A stretch of DNA of 64,000 nt from Ignavibacteriota bacterium (GCA_963787835.1 CAWBEI010000002.1:1152001-1216000), one strand, 5' to 3'. Positions 29,352-43,576 are shown, counted from the stretch's first letter. Notes: generated from the sequence alone by a model not told the origin. Numbers and translations: made by a program.

Positions 29352-29930
29352 ATGTTCCCTCTCGATCGCCAGCTTTTCTTTGCCTTCAACAATGGCTTGA
29401 AATGCGGCTTTAACGATCTTTGGTTGGGTTATGCAACCTGGCTGGGAAATGGATGGATCGCGTTCCCAATCGGTGTAATAGTTCTTCTTGCGATAGACCG
29501 CCGTTCATTCTGGTGGAATATCCTTGCGCTTGCACTTTCGGGAGTTGTTGCAGGAATTGCGCTCAATGTCCTTAAATCGGCATTTCACACGCCGAGGCCG
29601 CTTACCGTGTTCGCTCCTGATATTGCTGCGGGCCGAGTGTATCTCAATGTGATGTTCGATAAGTTGTATTATAGTTCTTTCCCATCGGGTCATTCGCAGA
29701 CGATCTTTACGGTTGCGACGGTTCTTCTGTGGGCTGGCATTCGGGCTCGCAAATTGAATTTCTGGAGTGGAGGAGCGATCATTTTAATTGCAATAATAGT
29801 GGGAATATCGAGAATTTATTGCGGCGCGCATTTCCCATCGGACGTTTTGGGAGGGGCTGTGCTGGGTAGCGGGACGGCACTGGTGTGCTGCTTTGCTGTT
29901 GGACGCTTGGGAACAAAAAGGAAGGAATAG
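29352..29930 (+). CDS. PAP2 family phosphatase
   Basis: K......RP, SFPSGH, SRIYCGAHFPSDV. Confidence 0.9.
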   Translation: MFPLDRQLFFAFNNGLKCGFNDLWLGYATWLGNGWIAFPIGVIVLLAIDRRSFWWNILALALSGVVAGIALNVLKSAFHTPRPLTVFAPDIAAGRVYLNVMFDKLYYSSFPSGHSQTIFTVATVLLWAGIRARKLNFWSGGAIILIAIIVGISRIYCGAHFPSDVLGGAVLGSGTALVCCFAVGRLGTKRKE

Positions 29931-29939
29931 CTTCTCGTA

Positions 29940-30565
29940 TCAATGGAAATATTTTAAATTGATAATTTTGGTCTCTTCATTTTCATCCGAACCAATGCGA
30001 GGGGATAGATGAACAATTACTCGATTGGCATCAATGTTGACCTTGCAATATGAACGGTCACCAAGTGCAATCTGTCCGAGCTTCTTGAGCAAAATTCGTT
30101 CTGTATGTTTGACAGTGCTGTCGAGATCTTCAAGCGCAGTATCTTTGACAACTGAAAGTACGAGAAGATTTTCGAATTCACCGGAACCGCCCCCTTGATC
30201 CCAAGTCTCAAGAATATAATAGCCGTTTTTCGTTTGACCCATATACTGGTACGTGAATTCGTCAGGGAACCTTGACTTCGATTTCTTATCTCGTTCATAA
30301 TAAACATACGGATATCGTGCGTCGTCAAGTTTTCTAGTCATTATAGAATCACAGAAATAACGATTACTTTCCTGCGATTGGAGCAGATTAACCGCAACGA
30401 CTTGATCGCCTCCATCGCTTTCCCATGTCGTAAGGTCCTCGAGGATGCGGGGATGATAAATGGGGCTTTTGTAAAACTCCACTTGCCAATTTGCTGGGCG
30501 TGAGCAGTCGCGCCCAAAAGAACGAAAGCAGAATAGATGACAAGGAGGGATCGGATAACCTTCAT
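29940..30565 (-). pseudogene. Secreted hypothetical protein with a frameshift near 30455
   Basis: Signal peptide MKVIRSLL...AHAQ..WSFTKAPFI in one frame continues as HPRILEDLTTW in another; adding one C restores a single ORF. Confidence 0.6.
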
Positions 30566-30580
30566 GTTACAAAAATACAA

Positions 30581-30610
30581 AAAAGGGACACGCTTCCACG
30601 TGTCCCTTTT
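30581..30610 (-). terminator. Intrinsic terminator downstream of clpC
   Basis: AAAAGGGACACG-loop-CGTGTCCCTTTT. Confidence 0.85.
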
Positions 30611-30628
30611 ATTGAGTAGCTATTTACA

Positions 30629-33217
30629 TTACACTTCCGCCGTTTCCGGATGATCTCCGGAGGCAGCTTCGTGGTGCTCTTCTTCAGGCGGTGCGATGAT
30701 GCCGGCTTCCTTCATTACATCGTCGATCGAGGCGGTGGGCTTGGAAACAGCTTCTCCACCACTGGCTTTTGCTTCGACGGTGAAGAGCAGCTCAGCGCCA
30801 TTGGCGGCAACATCGACCTTAACAACGGTGCCATCCTTGACCGTCCCTTTGAGGATCTCCTCGGCGATCGGGTCTTCAACGTACTTTTGCATCGCGCGTT
30901 TGAGCGGGCGAGCGCCATACGTTTTATCGAATCCTTTATCGGCAAGGAAATCGAGTGCACGATCGGTAAGCTGAACATCCACGCCCATCTCGTGAACGCG
31001 CTTGAGCAGTTTTTTCAGATTGATCTGAATGATGAGCTTAATGTCGGACTTTTCGAGATGACGGAATACGATGGTATCGTCAATACGATTAAGGAACTCC
31101 GGATTGAAAAGCCGTTTCATCGATTCATCGACCTGGTCTTTCATCTTCGTATGCTCATCGCCGGTAGCGGATTCGCCAAAGCCGATGCGAGCCTGCTTCT
31201 TAATGTCTTTCGTTCCGACATTGGAAGTCATGATGATGATCGTATTCTTGAAATCGACGCGGCGGCCAAGCGAATCCGTTAGCTGGCCATCATCGAGCAC
31301 TTGCAGCAGGATATTAAACACATCCGGATGCGCCTTTTCGATCTCGTCAAGCAGCACGACGGAATATGGTTTGCGGCGTACTTTTTCGGTAAGCTGACCA
31401 CCCTCTTCATATCCCACATACCCCGGAGGTGCGCCAACAAGGCGGCTCACGGAGAACTTTTCCATGTATTCCGACATGTCGATGCGAATGAGCGAATCAT
31501 CGGAATCGAACAGATAGCGTGCAAGCGTTTTTGCAAGCTCTGTTTTCCCAACACCCGTTGGACCTAAGAATACAAAGCTGCCGATCGGGCGGTTGGGATC
31601 TTTTAATCCAGCGCGAGCGCGGCGAATCGCCTTCGAAAGTTTTTCGATGGCTTCATCCTGACCAACGATCGAGCCTGCGAGCGACGCCTGCATATTGAGC
31701 AGCTTCAACGACTCGCTCTCTGCAACCTTGTTGACCGGAATACCGGTCATCATTGCAACAACGTCTGCAATGTCATCCTCGCTGACTTCATACACTTGTG
31801 CGCCGCTTTCAGCTTCCCAATCCGAGATCGCGGATTCGAGATCCTGCTGATATTTCTTTTCAAGATCGCGCAAACGCGCGGCTTCCTCGAAGTTCTGAGT
31901 CTTGACGACTAAATTCTTTTCGCCCTTTACGTCTTCGATCTTCTTTTCGAGTTCCTCGATATTCTTTGGAGCATGGACGTTGGCCAGATGCACGCGGCTT
32001 CCAGCTTCATCGAGCACGTCGATAGCTTTATCGGGAAGGAAACGATCGGTGATGTAACGATCGGAAAGTTTCACGGCTTGCTCGATCGCTTTCTCGGCAT
32101 AATGCACGCTGTGATGCGCTTCGTATTTCGATTTGATATTGTTGAGGATCGTGATCGTCTGATCGACGGTCGGTGGATCGACAATAATTTTCTGGAAACG
32201 TCGGTCGAGCGCGCCATCCTTTTCAATATACTGGCGGTATTCATCGAGCGTTGTTGCGCCAATGCACTGAATGTCGCCACGTGAGAGAGCCGGTTTGAAC
32301 ATATTCGAAGCATCGAGCGAACCAGATGCGCCGCCGGCGCCAACGATGGTGTGCAATTCGTCAATGAAGAGGATAACGTCCTTCGCTTTTTCAAGCTCGT
32401 TCATCACGGCTTTCATGCGCTCTTCGAACTGGCCGCGATATTTCGTTCCGGCGACCAGCGCCGCAAGGTCGAGCGTAACAACGCGCTTCTCGTAGAGAAT
32501 GCGCGGTACTTTCTTTTGCACGATACGCAAGGCAAGTCCTTCAGCGATGGCGGTTTTGCCAACGCCAGGTTCGCCGATAAGTACTGGATTGTTTTTCTTG
32601 CGGCGCGAGAGAACTTGAGATACGCGCTCGATCTCCTTCTCTCGTCCCACGATGGGGTCGAGTTTATCTTCGGCGGCCATCTTGGTGAGATCGCGGCCGA
32701 AGTTATCGAGCACCGGCGTTTTGGTGCGCTCCGGCTTTTTCTCCGATTGCGCGGCTTTGGGCGGTGAAGTTGGGCGGCCAGAAATGATGTTATCCAACTC
32801 CGCGCGGACAGCATCGTACGTGACGCTAAACTGATTCAAAATCTGCGCGGCAATGTTATCCTCATCGCGCAAGAGCGAAAGGAGCAAGTGCTCGGTGCCG
32901 ATCACATCGCTTTTGTAAAGTTTGGCTTCGAGATAGGTGATCTTCAGCACTTTCTCGGCTTGCTTGGTAAGCGGTATCTGCCCGATCGTAAGAGTCGTAC
33001 CTGAAGATCGCACGGTATCCTCGATCGCCTTTTTGATCTTGTAGAGATCGGCGCCGAGATTGCGGAGGATTTTCACCGCAATGCCTTCGCCTTCGCGAAT
33101 GATGCCGAGGAGCAAGTGCTCCGTTCCGATATAATCATGACCCAAACGGATCGCTTCCTCCCGCGAGAGGCGGATCACGTCTTGTACTCTATTCGAAAAA
33201 TTTCCTTCTGTTGGCAT
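30629..33217 (-). CDS. clpC: ATP-dependent Clp protease ATP-binding subunit
   Basis: Clp N repeats, [11 protein letters not shown] domain, [15 protein letters not shown]. Confidence 0.95.
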   Translation of the reverse strand: MPTEGNFSNRVQDVIRLSREEAIRLGHDYIGTEHLLLGIIREGEGIAVKILRNLGADLYKIKKAIEDTVRSSGTTLTIGQIPLTKQAEKVLKITYLEAKLYKSDVIGTEHLLLSLLRDEDNIAAQILNQFSVTYDAVRAELDNIISGRPTSPPKAAQSEKKPERTKTPVLDNFGRDLTKMAAEDKLDPIVGREKEIERVSQVLSRRKKNNPVLIGEPGVGKTAIAEGLALRIVQKKVPRILYEKRVVTLDLAALVAGTKYRGQFEERMKAVMNELEKAKDVILFIDELHTIVGAGGASGSLDASNMFKPALSRGDIQCIGATTLDEYRQYIEKDGALDRRFQKIIVDPPTVDQTITILNNIKSKYEAHHSVHYAEKAIEQAVKLSDRYITDRFLPDKAIDVLDEAGSRVHLANVHAPKNIEELEKKIEDVKGEKNLVVKTQNFEEAARLRDLEKKYQQDLESAISDWEAESGAQVYEVSEDDIADVVAMMTGIPVNKVAESESLKLLNMQASLAGSIVGQDEAIEKLSKAIRRARAGLKDPNRPIGSFVFLGPTGVGKTELAKTLARYLFDSDDSLIRIDMSEYMEKFSVSRLVGAPPGYVGYEEGGQLTEKVRRKPYSVVLLDEIEKAHPDVFNILLQVLDDGQLTDSLGRRVDFKNTIIIMTSNVGTKDIKKQARIGFGESATGDEHTKMKDQVDESMKRLFNPEFLNRIDDTIVFRHLEKSDIKLIIQINLKKLLKRVHEMGVDVQLTDRALDFLADKGFDKTYGARPLKRAMQKYVEDPIAEEILKGTVKDGTVVKVDVAANGAELLFTVEAKASGGEAVSKPTASIDDVMKEAGIIAPPEEEHHEAASGDHPETAEV

Positions 33218-33433
33218 GGAGATATTCCTTTATTAAAAAATCAACGATTGTGCCATACGAATGTTACAACAATCTTTGAGGAGGAATTGATTACGTTCCT
33301 TCTCTATTTAAGTAACATCGCAATGCGCGGAGAATTACACCTCCGCAAGCAGAATTAGTGCAAATTAACGACCATTAGCTTAAAAGCCACATTTTCTGAC
33401 AGCCTGACAGTGCCATTCCGACAAATCGCCAAA

Positions 33434-34978
33434 ATGCTGACATTCCTGGCGTGCTTTTGCGCCCCGGTGATGGCGTTTGACCAGCAACTGGCACCCCTGC
33501 TTAAACACTCCATAAAATGTGCCACATCTACTTCAGCCATGAAGCCACAAGCCGGGACCTATCCATACACGTGGGCACTACCCACCGGTTTTCCCGATTC
33601 GATCCTTAGCCCATCTGGTCGGTTCATGATCTATTATTACGCCGCTTCTGCTAATCCCGACAGCATTGCCACTCTGGCATTCGCCCAGAGAGCGGCGGAG
33701 GACGCAGACAGTGCTTATGCCTTCGAGATCGGAGACTTAGGCTATACGGCGCCTGCATTCACCGAGGGATCTCATTACAATATTTATCTAACCTCCTTTC
33801 ACACCCCTTATGGATATGAGGCGTATGGCGCGACCTTCATCCTCGACAGCGGGCGTTTGGCAGACTCGCCAAGTGGGAACTACCGGTTCCGGTCCTATAT
33901 CCAAACAGATGATTCGTTCAACAGCGATATTTATGCTACGCACGGCCTCGATGCACTTCGCATTACGATCTTTCACGAATTCTTTCATGTGATCCAGTTT
34001 TCGGGTTACGGTCATCCGCCGAACTTCAATGCGCCAGATCCGAATTATGTTTATTTTCAGGAAATGTCCAGTGTGTGGATGGAATGGCTGAGCACTCCAA
34101 CCGTCAAGGATTATTTGAATTATGTTGCGCAATATCTGAGCACCCTCGATAACCGCTTCGATCTCTCACCGAGCGAAGGCTATGGCCAGTATATTTATTT
34201 TGCCTATCTTACGCATCGTTTCAACGATTCGGGCATTGTCCGTAAAATTTGGGATTACTACCGCGATAGTTCCACCGACCCGATCACCTGCATCGACGAA
34301 GTTTTGCGGTGGGATTATGGAAGCTCATTCTGCGAAGAGTATGAAAGGTTCGGTGCGGAAATTATCCAAACAGGAAGACGATTTAGCGGCAAATCTATTC
34401 TTCCGGATGCTCAGTTGTTGCCGGTCGATACTATTTCTGTCGTTACATTAGCTCCTGATTCACAAGGGCAGTTTCAGACGCTTGCGTTGTCATTGCAATT
34501 CGCGGATGTCGGTTCAGGTCAGGATACGTGCATTGAAGTGATTGCACGTGATACTGATCGCGATCTCCAATCCAATGCTTCTATTCAGTTCTCATCGATC
34601 GGTGCAGTGCCCACACTAATTCTCGATACCCCTTCTGCCTACTGCGACACAGAGGTTTGCATCCTGCCACTCTCTGCAGCCTCGCCAGGGCTGGAAGCTT
34701 ACCCCGCTCCATTTATTTCGGACGGCGCATCGCAAACATACATCATTGCATCGACGAATACCACGCCGCCGGTCTCCGTTGTGATGAACATTTTGGATCT
34801 CAGCATGAATGAAATTCGCTCGACGAAAACGGCTGCGTTGCCATTTCGCGGAACATGGAATGCCGTCTGGGATGGCCGCGACGACAACGGAAAATTAGTT
34901 CAGAGCGGAGAATATCTCTACACCCTCCATGTCGATGGTGCGTTGAAAGTAGGGAAGATCGTGGTGGTGAGGAAATGA
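33434..34978 (+). CDS. Secreted putative metallopeptidase with C-terminal FlgD-like Ig domain
   Basis: HEFFH zinc motif with downstream E; YPAPF...WDGRDDNGKLVQSGEY. Confidence 0.7.
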   Translation: MLTFLACFCAPVMAFDQQLAPLLKHSIKCATSTSAMKPQAGTYPYTWALPTGFPDSILSPSGRFMIYYYAASANPDSIATLAFAQRAAEDADSAYAFEIGDLGYTAPAFTEGSHYNIYLTSFHTPYGYEAYGATFILDSGRLADSPSGNYRFRSYIQTDDSFNSDIYATHGLDALRITIFHEFFHVIQFSGYGHPPNFNAPDPNYVYFQEMSSVWMEWLSTPTVKDYLNYVAQYLSTLDNRFDLSPSEGYGQYIYFAYLTHRFNDSGIVRKIWDYYRDSSTDPITCIDEVLRWDYGSSFCEEYERFGAEIIQTGRRFSGKSILPDAQLLPVDTISVVTLAPDSQGQFQTLALSLQFADVGSGQDTCIEVIARDTDRDLQSNASIQFSSIGAVPTLILDTPSAYCDTEVCILPLSAASPGLEAYPAPFISDGASQTYIIASTNTTPPVSVVMNILDLSMNEIRSTKTAALPFRGTWNAVWDGRDDNGKLVQSGEYLYTLHVDGALKVGKIVVVRK

Positions 34979-35082
34979 GGGTCTGAACCTGGATTTATGG
35001 GATTATTGGGATTTGTAGGATGGAATAGGTCAAAAATCAATCCCATTGGATTAAATCTTATTATCGATTGGTTTACGAATGT

Positions 35083-35898
35083 ATGATGAAGCTTTTTACG
35101 TTCATTGTGTATACTTTTTCGCTCTTGACGGTAGCACAGGCGCAGAGTGGGAACGAGCTTTTAGTGTTGCATCTTGCTGCTCCTATAGAGCAATATATGT
35201 TCACGGTAGCGTGGGGCAGTCATATTGGATATACGTATTCTGGAACTATGTCTCTGAATGTCGATACCACCGTGAGTATTAGATTTCAGGACACAATTAA
35301 TGTCTCAGTTGGAAGTTATTCTATAGCATTTATCATTGATTCTATCCATAGCCAAATTTTGAAAGTGAGAGTGAAGAATACCGGACCTGTGGGAGGTTAC
35401 ATTGGCTACTACGATGAACCTGGAAGCGGATCTTGGTTCTATGTGGCAGACATTGATTCAATTAAATATGATCGAATGAACTCGGCAATTGAAATACTGC
35501 CGACGATTGCTGAAGCAACAGATACAGTTCAGGCAGCATGGGCAAGTAGTATTCCTTTCGGTAGTAATGATTATGAATTTGGAGGCAATGGGTGGAATGG
35601 CATGGAATATGATACAATATCTATGGAACTAAGTCCATTGAATTCTTCCGTCTCGAATGCCAAACCAGCTATCCAGAATTTATCGGTTCAGTATGACCCT
35701 AACGGACTATGGAAAGCATATTTGTCACCGGGTCTCACGGAAAGAGAATTAGATGTCATGAATATTGTGGGAGCTAATATTATGACCATTAGGATTCCTT
35801 CTGGTTTATCCTCTATTCCATTACCATCGATACTTTCGAATGGAATTTATTTTGTTCGAGTCGGCAATGAAATGGCAAAGTTTGTCGTGATGCCATAA
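35083..35898 (+). CDS. Secreted protein with T9SS type A sorting-like C-terminus
   Basis: Signal peptide AQA; LSNGIYFVRV...KFVV. Confidence 0.65.
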   Translation: MMKLFTFIVYTFSLLTVAQAQSGNELLVLHLAAPIEQYMFTVAWGSHIGYTYSGTMSLNVDTTVSIRFQDTINVSVGSYSIAFIIDSIHSQILKVRVKNTGPVGGYIGYYDEPGSGSWFYVADIDSIKYDRMNSAIEILPTIAEATDTVQAAWASSIPFGSNDYEFGGNGWNGMEYDTISMELSPLNSSVSNAKPAIQNLSVQYDPNGLWKAYLSPGLTERELDVMNIVGANIMTIRIPSGLSSIPLPSILSNGIYFVRVGNEMAKFVVMP

Positions 35899-35940
35899 CT
35901 TGGGGCACACCCACCCTTACTTCGGTGTTATCCCGCCCAA

Positions 35941-37464
35941 ATGCCCAGACGCACCGACATAAAAAGCATCCTCATCATTGGCTCCGGCCCGATCGTGATC
36001 GGGCAGGCGTGCGAATTCGATTATTCCGGCACGCAGGCGTGCAAAGTCCTGAAGGAGGAGGGATTTCGCGTCATTCTCGTCAATTCCAATCCGGCGACGA
36101 TCATGACCGACCCGGAATTCGCCGATGCCACCTACATCGAGCCGATCACGCCGGAATATATCGAGGCCATCATTGCGAAAGAGCGTCCCGATGCCATTCT
36201 CCCAACCATGGGCGGACAAACGGCGCTGAACAATGCACTCGCGCTCCACGAAAGAGGCATTCTGAAAAAATATAATGTAGAATTAATCGGAGCAAAGCCG
36301 GATGCCATCAAGCGCGCCGAGGATCGTGAGGAATTCCTTGCCACGATGAAATCCATTGGCCTCGAAATGCCGCGCGGAGGATTTGTAAATACCGTCGAAG
36401 AGGCGCTGGAATTAATAGAACTTGTTGGGTTCCCGACGATCATTCGGCCCAGTTTCACAATGGGCGGTTCCGGCGGCGGAATATGCTGGAACATGCAGGA
36501 ATTCCGCGAAGTAGTACAGCATGGGTTGGATGCTTCTCCAGTACATCGCGTGCTTGTGGAAGAATCCGTGATCGGTTGGAAGGAATTCGAACTGGAGGTA
36601 ATGCGCGACATGGCCGATAACGTCGTCATCATCTGCTCCATCGAAAATTTCGATCCAATGGGCGTGCATACCGGCGATTCGATCACGGTCGCCCCCGCCC
36701 AAACGCTTTCCGATAAAGAATATCAAAAGATGCGCGATGCGGCGATCAAAGTTATTCGCGCCATTGGCGTAGAGACGGGCGGCTCAAATATCCAGTTTGC
36801 TCTGAATCCGAAGGATGGCAGAATGCTGGTAATCGAGATGAATCCTCGTGTATCGCGTTCCTCCGCGCTCGCATCGAAAGCAACGGGGTTCCCGATCGCA
36901 AAAATTGCGGCGAAACTTGCCATCGGTTACACACTGGATGAAATTCCCAACGACATCACCAAAATGACTCCAAGCTGCTTCGAGCCGGTCATTGATTATT
37001 GCGTGGTTAAGATTCCCAGATGGGATTTCGAAAAATTCAAAGGATTGGAAGCAAGTTCATCCCAGCTTGGCGTGCAGATGAAATCCGTTGGAGAAGCAAT
37101 GGCATTTGGCCGCACGTTCAAAGAGGCGCTGCAAAAATCGTTGCGCTCGCTGGAGCAGGGCCGCTACGGCCTCGGCGCGGACGGCAAGGATGAATTTGAC
37201 ATTCCGAATATGACGGAAGCCGAAAAGCGCTATGCCACCGAGACCATCCGCGAACGCCTCGGCCTTCGCCGCTCGGATATGATCTTCAACATTCGATTCG
37301 CTTTCCAGCTTGGCCTTTCACTCGATGAAATTTACGAAGCCACGAAGATCGATCCTTGGTTCTTAGATCAAATTTGGCAGATCGTGAGAAGGGAACGGGA
37401 ATTGAGGGAGGCAGCGAAACAAACTGTTCCCAATAATCAGATTGAAGAATTGCAAGTCGTATGA
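35941..37464 (+). CDS. carB: Carbamoyl-phosphate synthase large subunit, N-terminal half
   Basis: [58 protein letters not shown]; ends in the oligomerization domain. Confidence 0.93.
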   Translation: MPRRTDIKSILIIGSGPIVIGQACEFDYSGTQACKVLKEEGFRVILVNSNPATIMTDPEFADATYIEPITPEYIEAIIAKERPDAILPTMGGQTALNNALALHERGILKKYNVELIGAKPDAIKRAEDREEFLATMKSIGLEMPRGGFVNTVEEALELIELVGFPTIIRPSFTMGGSGGGICWNMQEFREVVQHGLDASPVHRVLVEESVIGWKEFELEVMRDMADNVVIICSIENFDPMGVHTGDSITVAPAQTLSDKEYQKMRDAAIKVIRAIGVETGGSNIQFALNPKDGRMLVIEMNPRVSRSSALASKATGFPIAKIAAKLAIGYTLDEIPNDITKMTPSCFEPVIDYCVVKIPRWDFEKFKGLEASSSQLGVQMKSVGEAMAFGRTFKEALQKSLRSLEQGRYGLGADGKDEFDIPNMTEAEKRYATETIRERLGLRRSDMIFNIRFAFQLGLSLDEIYEATKIDPWFLDQIWQIVRRERELREAAKQTVPNNQIEELQVV

Positions 37465-38156
37465 GGGCAGTTCTTTTCGATCTCTTCGGTACACTCGTCG
37501 ATAATCCGACGACCGCCGAGGTATCACAACTTCATCAGGAGGTGGCTTCCGTTCTTGGTGTGCCTACCGAAGACTTTGCGAAGGGTTGGAAAGAAACATT
37601 TCACGATCGCGCACAGGGTAAGCATGGATCGGTAGCTCAGTCCATTGCGGCTGCGGCGACGATGAATGGAAGAGTGATTAATCAGAATGAGCTTCCTCGT
37701 GCGGTCGAAATACGATACGAATTCACGCGTGGCTGGCTAACCCCTCGAAAGGATGCGCTTTCTACAGTAAAGGAACTGAAAAATAGAGGGCTAAAGATCG
37801 GACTGCTATCTAATTGCACCGATGAAGTGCCAGAAATTTGGCCTTCGCTGAATATTGCCTCAATGTTTGATGAGCCATTGTTCTCATCACAGGAACGATT
37901 ACGAAAACCGCTGCCGGAATTTTATCACCTTGCACTCGAAAGGCTGAAAGTAGCCGCTTCGGAATGCCTCTATGTAGCGGATGGAGACAATGGTGAACTT
38001 GCTGCAGCAAAGAAATTAGGAATGCCGGTGGTGATGATTCGACCCTCCGATCTACTTAACGATTACCGCCAAGACCCGGAAGAAGATTGGGACGGCCCGA
38101 GAATCGAACGATTATCGGAATTACTTCATTTGGAAATTCTAAATCAAATATCGTGA
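37461..38156 (+). CDS. HAD family hydrolase
   Basis: FDLFGTL, LLSN, KP, YVADG..EL. Confidence 0.88.
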   Translation: MRAVLFDLFGTLVDNPTTAEVSQLHQEVASVLGVPTEDFAKGWKETFHDRAQGKHGSVAQSIAAAATMNGRVINQNELPRAVEIRYEFTRGWLTPRKDALSTVKELKNRGLKIGLLSNCTDEVPEIWPSLNIASMFDEPLFSSQERLRKPLPEFYHLALERLKVAASECLYVADGDNGELAAAKKLGMPVVMIRPSDLLNDYRQDPEEDWDGPRIERLSELLHLEILNQIS

Positions 38157-39979
38157 AGCAAGAATTTCAAATTACCCCCGACCTCCTCTATCGCGCAAAG
38201 CGCGATGGTTTCTCCGACCGCCAGCTTGCCGGGATCTTCGGCGTGGGCGAGAATGATGTTCGTGCGCGCCGTAAAGAGCTTGGCATTGTGCCGGTTTTTA
38301 AGACCGTCGATACCTGTGCGGCGGAGTTTTCTGCCCAGACGCCCTATCATTACTCGACATATGAAGAGGAGAATGAGTCGGTTCGATCAGGTAAGAAGAA
38401 AGTTTTGATTCTGGGCGGAGGGCCGAACAGGATCGGTCAAGGCATCGAGTTCGATTACTGCTGCGTCCATGCTGCGCTTGCGCTTGAGGAAGAGGGCTTC
38501 GAGACGATCATGCTGAACTGCAATCCCGAAACCGTCTCCACCGATTACGATACCTGCGACAAGCTGTATTTCGAACCGCTCACGTTCGAAGATGTGATGA
38601 ACGTCATCGACTTCGAAAAGCCTGATGGCGTAATAGTTACATTCGGCGGACAAACCCCGCTCAAGCTTGCAAAGCAACTGGAAGCTGCCGGGGTACCTAT
38701 TCTCGGTACATCGCCGGATATGATCGATGTGGCAGAAGACCGTAAACGGTTTGGCGAGTTGATCGACCGATTGCATATAAAATGCCCGCCGTATGGCACG
38801 GCGTTCGAAACGGACGTAGCCATTCGCGTGGCGGAACGAATCGGTTATCCGGTGCTGGTGCGTCCGAGTTATGTGCTTGGCGGACGTGCAATGGAAATTT
38901 GCTACCGGCCCGAAGCGGTTGCAGAATATATGGAGAATGCGCGTGGCGTAAGTCCGAGCCATCCTATTCTCATCGATCATTTCCTCGAAGATGCATACGA
39001 GTTCGATGTCGATGCCGTGCGCGATAAAGAGGGAACAGTAATTATCGGTGGCATCATGCAGCATATCGAAGAAGCTGGGATTCATTCCGGAGATTCATCG
39101 AGTGTCATTCCGCCATACTATATTTCTGACGAGAACTACAAGCAGATCGTTGACTACACGCGCCGTTTAGCAACCGCGCTTGAAGTGGTTGGTCTCATCA
39201 ACATTCAATATGCGCTGAAGGATAGCACCGTTTATGTGCTCGAAGTAAATCCTCGCGCAAGCCGCACCGTGCCATTTGTTTCGAAAGCAACGGGACGTCC
39301 GCTGGCAAAGATCGCGGCAAAGGTAATGATCGGTCGCACGTTGAATGAGCTTGGCGTGAAGGATTTCAAGAAAGAAACGCCCTTCGTTGCAATTAAAGAG
39401 TCGGTCTTCCCCTTTGATAAATTCCCCCGCGTGAGAATGTTCTTAGGCCCGGAAATGCGCTCGACGGGTGAAGTGATGGGCGTTGGCGCGGACTTTGGCG
39501 AAGCTATTCTGAAATCCCATACTGGCGCGAACATGAAGCTGCCCGCTGAAGGTACACTTTTCGTATCTCTCCGCGATCAGGATAAACGTCCGCGCTCAAC
39601 AGAAGTAATTCGCGGCTTTTTTGATCTTGGATTTAACATCATTGCAACCGCCGGCACTGCAAAATTCCTGCGCGAGCATGGGATTCCCGCCGAGCCTATT
39701 CGCAAAGTAAGCGAAGGACGACCGAATATCGTCGATGCCATTAAGAACCGCGAAGTGCAGCTTGTGATCAACACCCCGAGCGGAGAAATTTCCCGTATTG
39801 CTGAGTACCAAATTGGCTGGGCCGCTATCGAACACAAAGTACCGTTCATCACGACACTTTCTGCTGCGGCAAGTGTGGTTAGCGCAATAAGTTCCATGCG
39901 GAAGGGCGAGCGGACGGTCAGGAGTGTGCAGGAATTACATAAGATTCTCGCGAAGCCGCATGAGCTACAAAACTATTGA
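38153..39979 (+). CDS. carB: Carbamoyl-phosphate synthase large subunit, C-terminal half
   Basis: GTG start; AKRDGFSDRQLA, FKTVDTCAAEF, GPNRIGQGIEFDYCC, MGS domain. Confidence 0.93.
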   Translation: MKQEFQITPDLLYRAKRDGFSDRQLAGIFGVGENDVRARRKELGIVPVFKTVDTCAAEFSAQTPYHYSTYEEENESVRSGKKKVLILGGGPNRIGQGIEFDYCCVHAALALEEEGFETIMLNCNPETVSTDYDTCDKLYFEPLTFEDVMNVIDFEKPDGVIVTFGGQTPLKLAKQLEAAGVPILGTSPDMIDVAEDRKRFGELIDRLHIKCPPYGTAFETDVAIRVAERIGYPVLVRPSYVLGGRAMEICYRPEAVAEYMENARGVSPSHPILIDHFLEDAYEFDVDAVRDKEGTVIIGGIMQHIEEAGIHSGDSSSVIPPYYISDENYKQIVDYTRRLATALEVVGLINIQYALKDSTVYVLEVNPRASRTVPFVSKATGRPLAKIAAKVMIGRTLNELGVKDFKKETPFVAIKESVFPFDKFPRVRMFLGPEMRSTGEVMGVGADFGEAILKSHTGANMKLPAEGTLFVSLRDQDKRPRSTEVIRGFFDLGFNIIATAGTAKFLREHGIPAEPIRKVSEGRPNIVDAIKNREVQLVINTPSGEISRIAEYQIGWAAIEHKVPFITTLSAAASVVSAISSMRKGERTVRSVQELHKILAKPHELQNY

Positions 39980-41150
39980 CGACATCGACGTAACCGACAA
40001 GCGCGTATTCCTTCGCGTCGATTTCAATGTACCGGTTACGAAAGAAGCGCCATACACTATCACGGATGATACGCGCATACGTGCTGCAGCACCGACGATG
40101 TCTTCTTTAATAAAACGAGGCGCGAAACTCATCGTTGCAAGTCATCTCGGACGACCTAAAGGCGGACCGGATGAGAAAAATTCTTTACGCCCTGTGTTCG
40201 AGCATTTGAAAGAGAAGATGACAACTCCGATCTCGTTTGCGAAGGATTGCACCGGCCCCGAAGTGGAAGCGCAAGTGAATGCACTGAAACCTGGTGAAAC
40301 GCTCCTGCTCGAAAATCTTCGTTTTCATCCGGAAGAAGAGAAGAACGATCCTGCATTCGCACAAGCACTCGCAAAGCTTGCGGATGTTTATGTAGATGAT
40401 GCTTTTGGTGCGGCACATAGGGCACACGCATCCATAGAAGGCATTACGCATTTTGTAACCGTGAAGGCAGCGGGATATTTGATGGATAAGGAGTTGAAAT
40501 ACCTTGGAGGCGTGCTCACAAATCCAGCTCATCCTTTTATTGCTATTATCGGTGGAGCGAAAATTTCGGGAAAGATCGATGTCATTCAAAACTTGCTGCA
40601 AAAGGCCAATAAAGTTCTCATCGGCGGCGGGATGACTTATACGTTCCTTAAAGCTGAGGGGAAAGAGATCGGCAAATCATTGGTCGAAGATGATAAGGTT
40701 GAACTCGCAAAATCTTTGCTCGATCAGGCAAAAGGTCGTTTGGTAATTCCTGTCGATACAATGGTGGCAAAAGAATTTAACAACGATGCCGAACACCGTT
40801 CTGTAAGTGTTGATCTGATTCCGAATGATTGGATGGGCGTCGATATTGGGCCGGAGACGATCAAGCTGTTCACTGAGGAAATAGCAAGCGCGAAAACCAT
40901 TGTATGGAACGGCCCGATGGGCGTCTTCGAAATGCCGAATTATGCGACGGGAACCCTCGCTATTGCCGAAGCGATGGCGCGTGCAACCGCAAACGGCGCT
41001 ACGACCGTCGTTGGCGGCGGAGATAGCGTTGCGGCTTTGGAGCAAGCGCATCTCGCGGACAAAATGTCGCACGTTTCGACCGGCGGCGGCGCAAGCTTGG
41101 AATTTCTGGAAGGAAAAGTGCTGCCGGGCGTGAAGGCGTTGGAAGAGTGA
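39960..41150 (+). CDS. pgk: Phosphoglycerate kinase
   Basis: [31 protein letters not shown]. Confidence 0.97.
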   Translation: MSYKTIDDIDVTDKRVFLRVDFNVPVTKEAPYTITDDTRIRAAAPTMSSLIKRGAKLIVASHLGRPKGGPDEKNSLRPVFEHLKEKMTTPISFAKDCTGPEVEAQVNALKPGETLLLENLRFHPEEEKNDPAFAQALAKLADVYVDDAFGAAHRAHASIEGITHFVTVKAAGYLMDKELKYLGGVLTNPAHPFIAIIGGAKISGKIDVIQNLLQKANKVLIGGGMTYTFLKAEGKEIGKSLVEDDKVELAKSLLDQAKGRLVIPVDTMVAKEFNNDAEHRSVSVDLIPNDWMGVDIGPETIKLFTEEIASAKTIVWNGPMGVFEMPNYATGTLAIAEAMARATANGATTVVGGGDSVAALEQAHLADKMSHVSTGGGASLEFLEGKVLPGVKALEE

Positions 41151-41206
41151 TAGGGGTACTGGAATGGAAAGCGCCATATTCCCGTTTCAAATAAGAGGAT
41201 AAAACA

Positions 41207-41434
41207 ATGCAGGAGAACTTTTCCGACCTACCTATTTCCATCAACCCGCAAGTGCTTGGGGGCACTCCGGTATTTCTTGGAACACGCGTGCCTGTTTCGT
41301 CTTTATTTTCGTATCTCGAAAAAGATTATTCCCTTGAGGAATTTCTCGATTGTTTCCCATCGGTTTCGCGGGAAGCTGCCATCGCTGTTTTAACTCAGGC
41401 CGAACGCTTCACGCTTGAGCACGCGAACGCGTGA
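41207..41434 (+). CDS. DUF433 family putative antitoxin
   Basis: [17 protein letters not shown]...L......EEFL..FP. Confidence 0.88.
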   Translation: MQENFSDLPISINPQVLGGTPVFLGTRVPVSSLFSYLEKDYSLEEFLDCFPSVSREAAIAVLTQAERFTLEHANA

Positions 41435-41745
41435 GAATTCTCATTGATGAATGTGTGCCGCGTCCAATCAAGCGGTTTTTGAAAGATCATGATGCGCTTA
41501 CCGTGCAAGAGCTTGGCTATTCAAGTTTCACGAATGGAGAATTGCTCGCACTCGCGGAAGGGAAATTCGATCTTTTCATTACTTCCGATCAGAACCTAAG
41601 TTATCAGCAGAATCTCGCTGGCCGAACGCTTGCAATTCTTATGCTCTCGACCAATGATTGGGATATCATCAAAACGAGCGAAGCAGAGATTGTTTCGGCA
41701 GTCAATCGGATACAGCCAACTGAATTTATGGAATTAGAACTTTGA
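41431..41745 (+). CDS. DUF5615 PIN-like putative toxin
   Basis: [30 protein letters not shown]; GTGA overlap with the DUF433 gene. Confidence 0.85.
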   Translation: MRILIDECVPRPIKRFLKDHDALTVQELGYSSFTNGELLALAEGKFDLFITSDQNLSYQQNLAGRTLAILMLSTNDWDIIKTSEAEIVSAVNRIQPTEFMELEL

Positions 41746-41851
41746 TGTCGCTTGGCAGGCATAGTTTCGAATTCCAGAAATGGAAGCGCACTCACTTACC
41801 CTTTTCTTCGTTCAAGGGGCGGGAATCAGGAAATAAGTCGTATATTTGTAA

Positions 41852-43576
<1,725 letters not shown>

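Noticed and set aside
41207-41745. DUF433-DUF5615 pair as a novel system
   Set aside because: Well-known widespread putative toxin-antitoxin module
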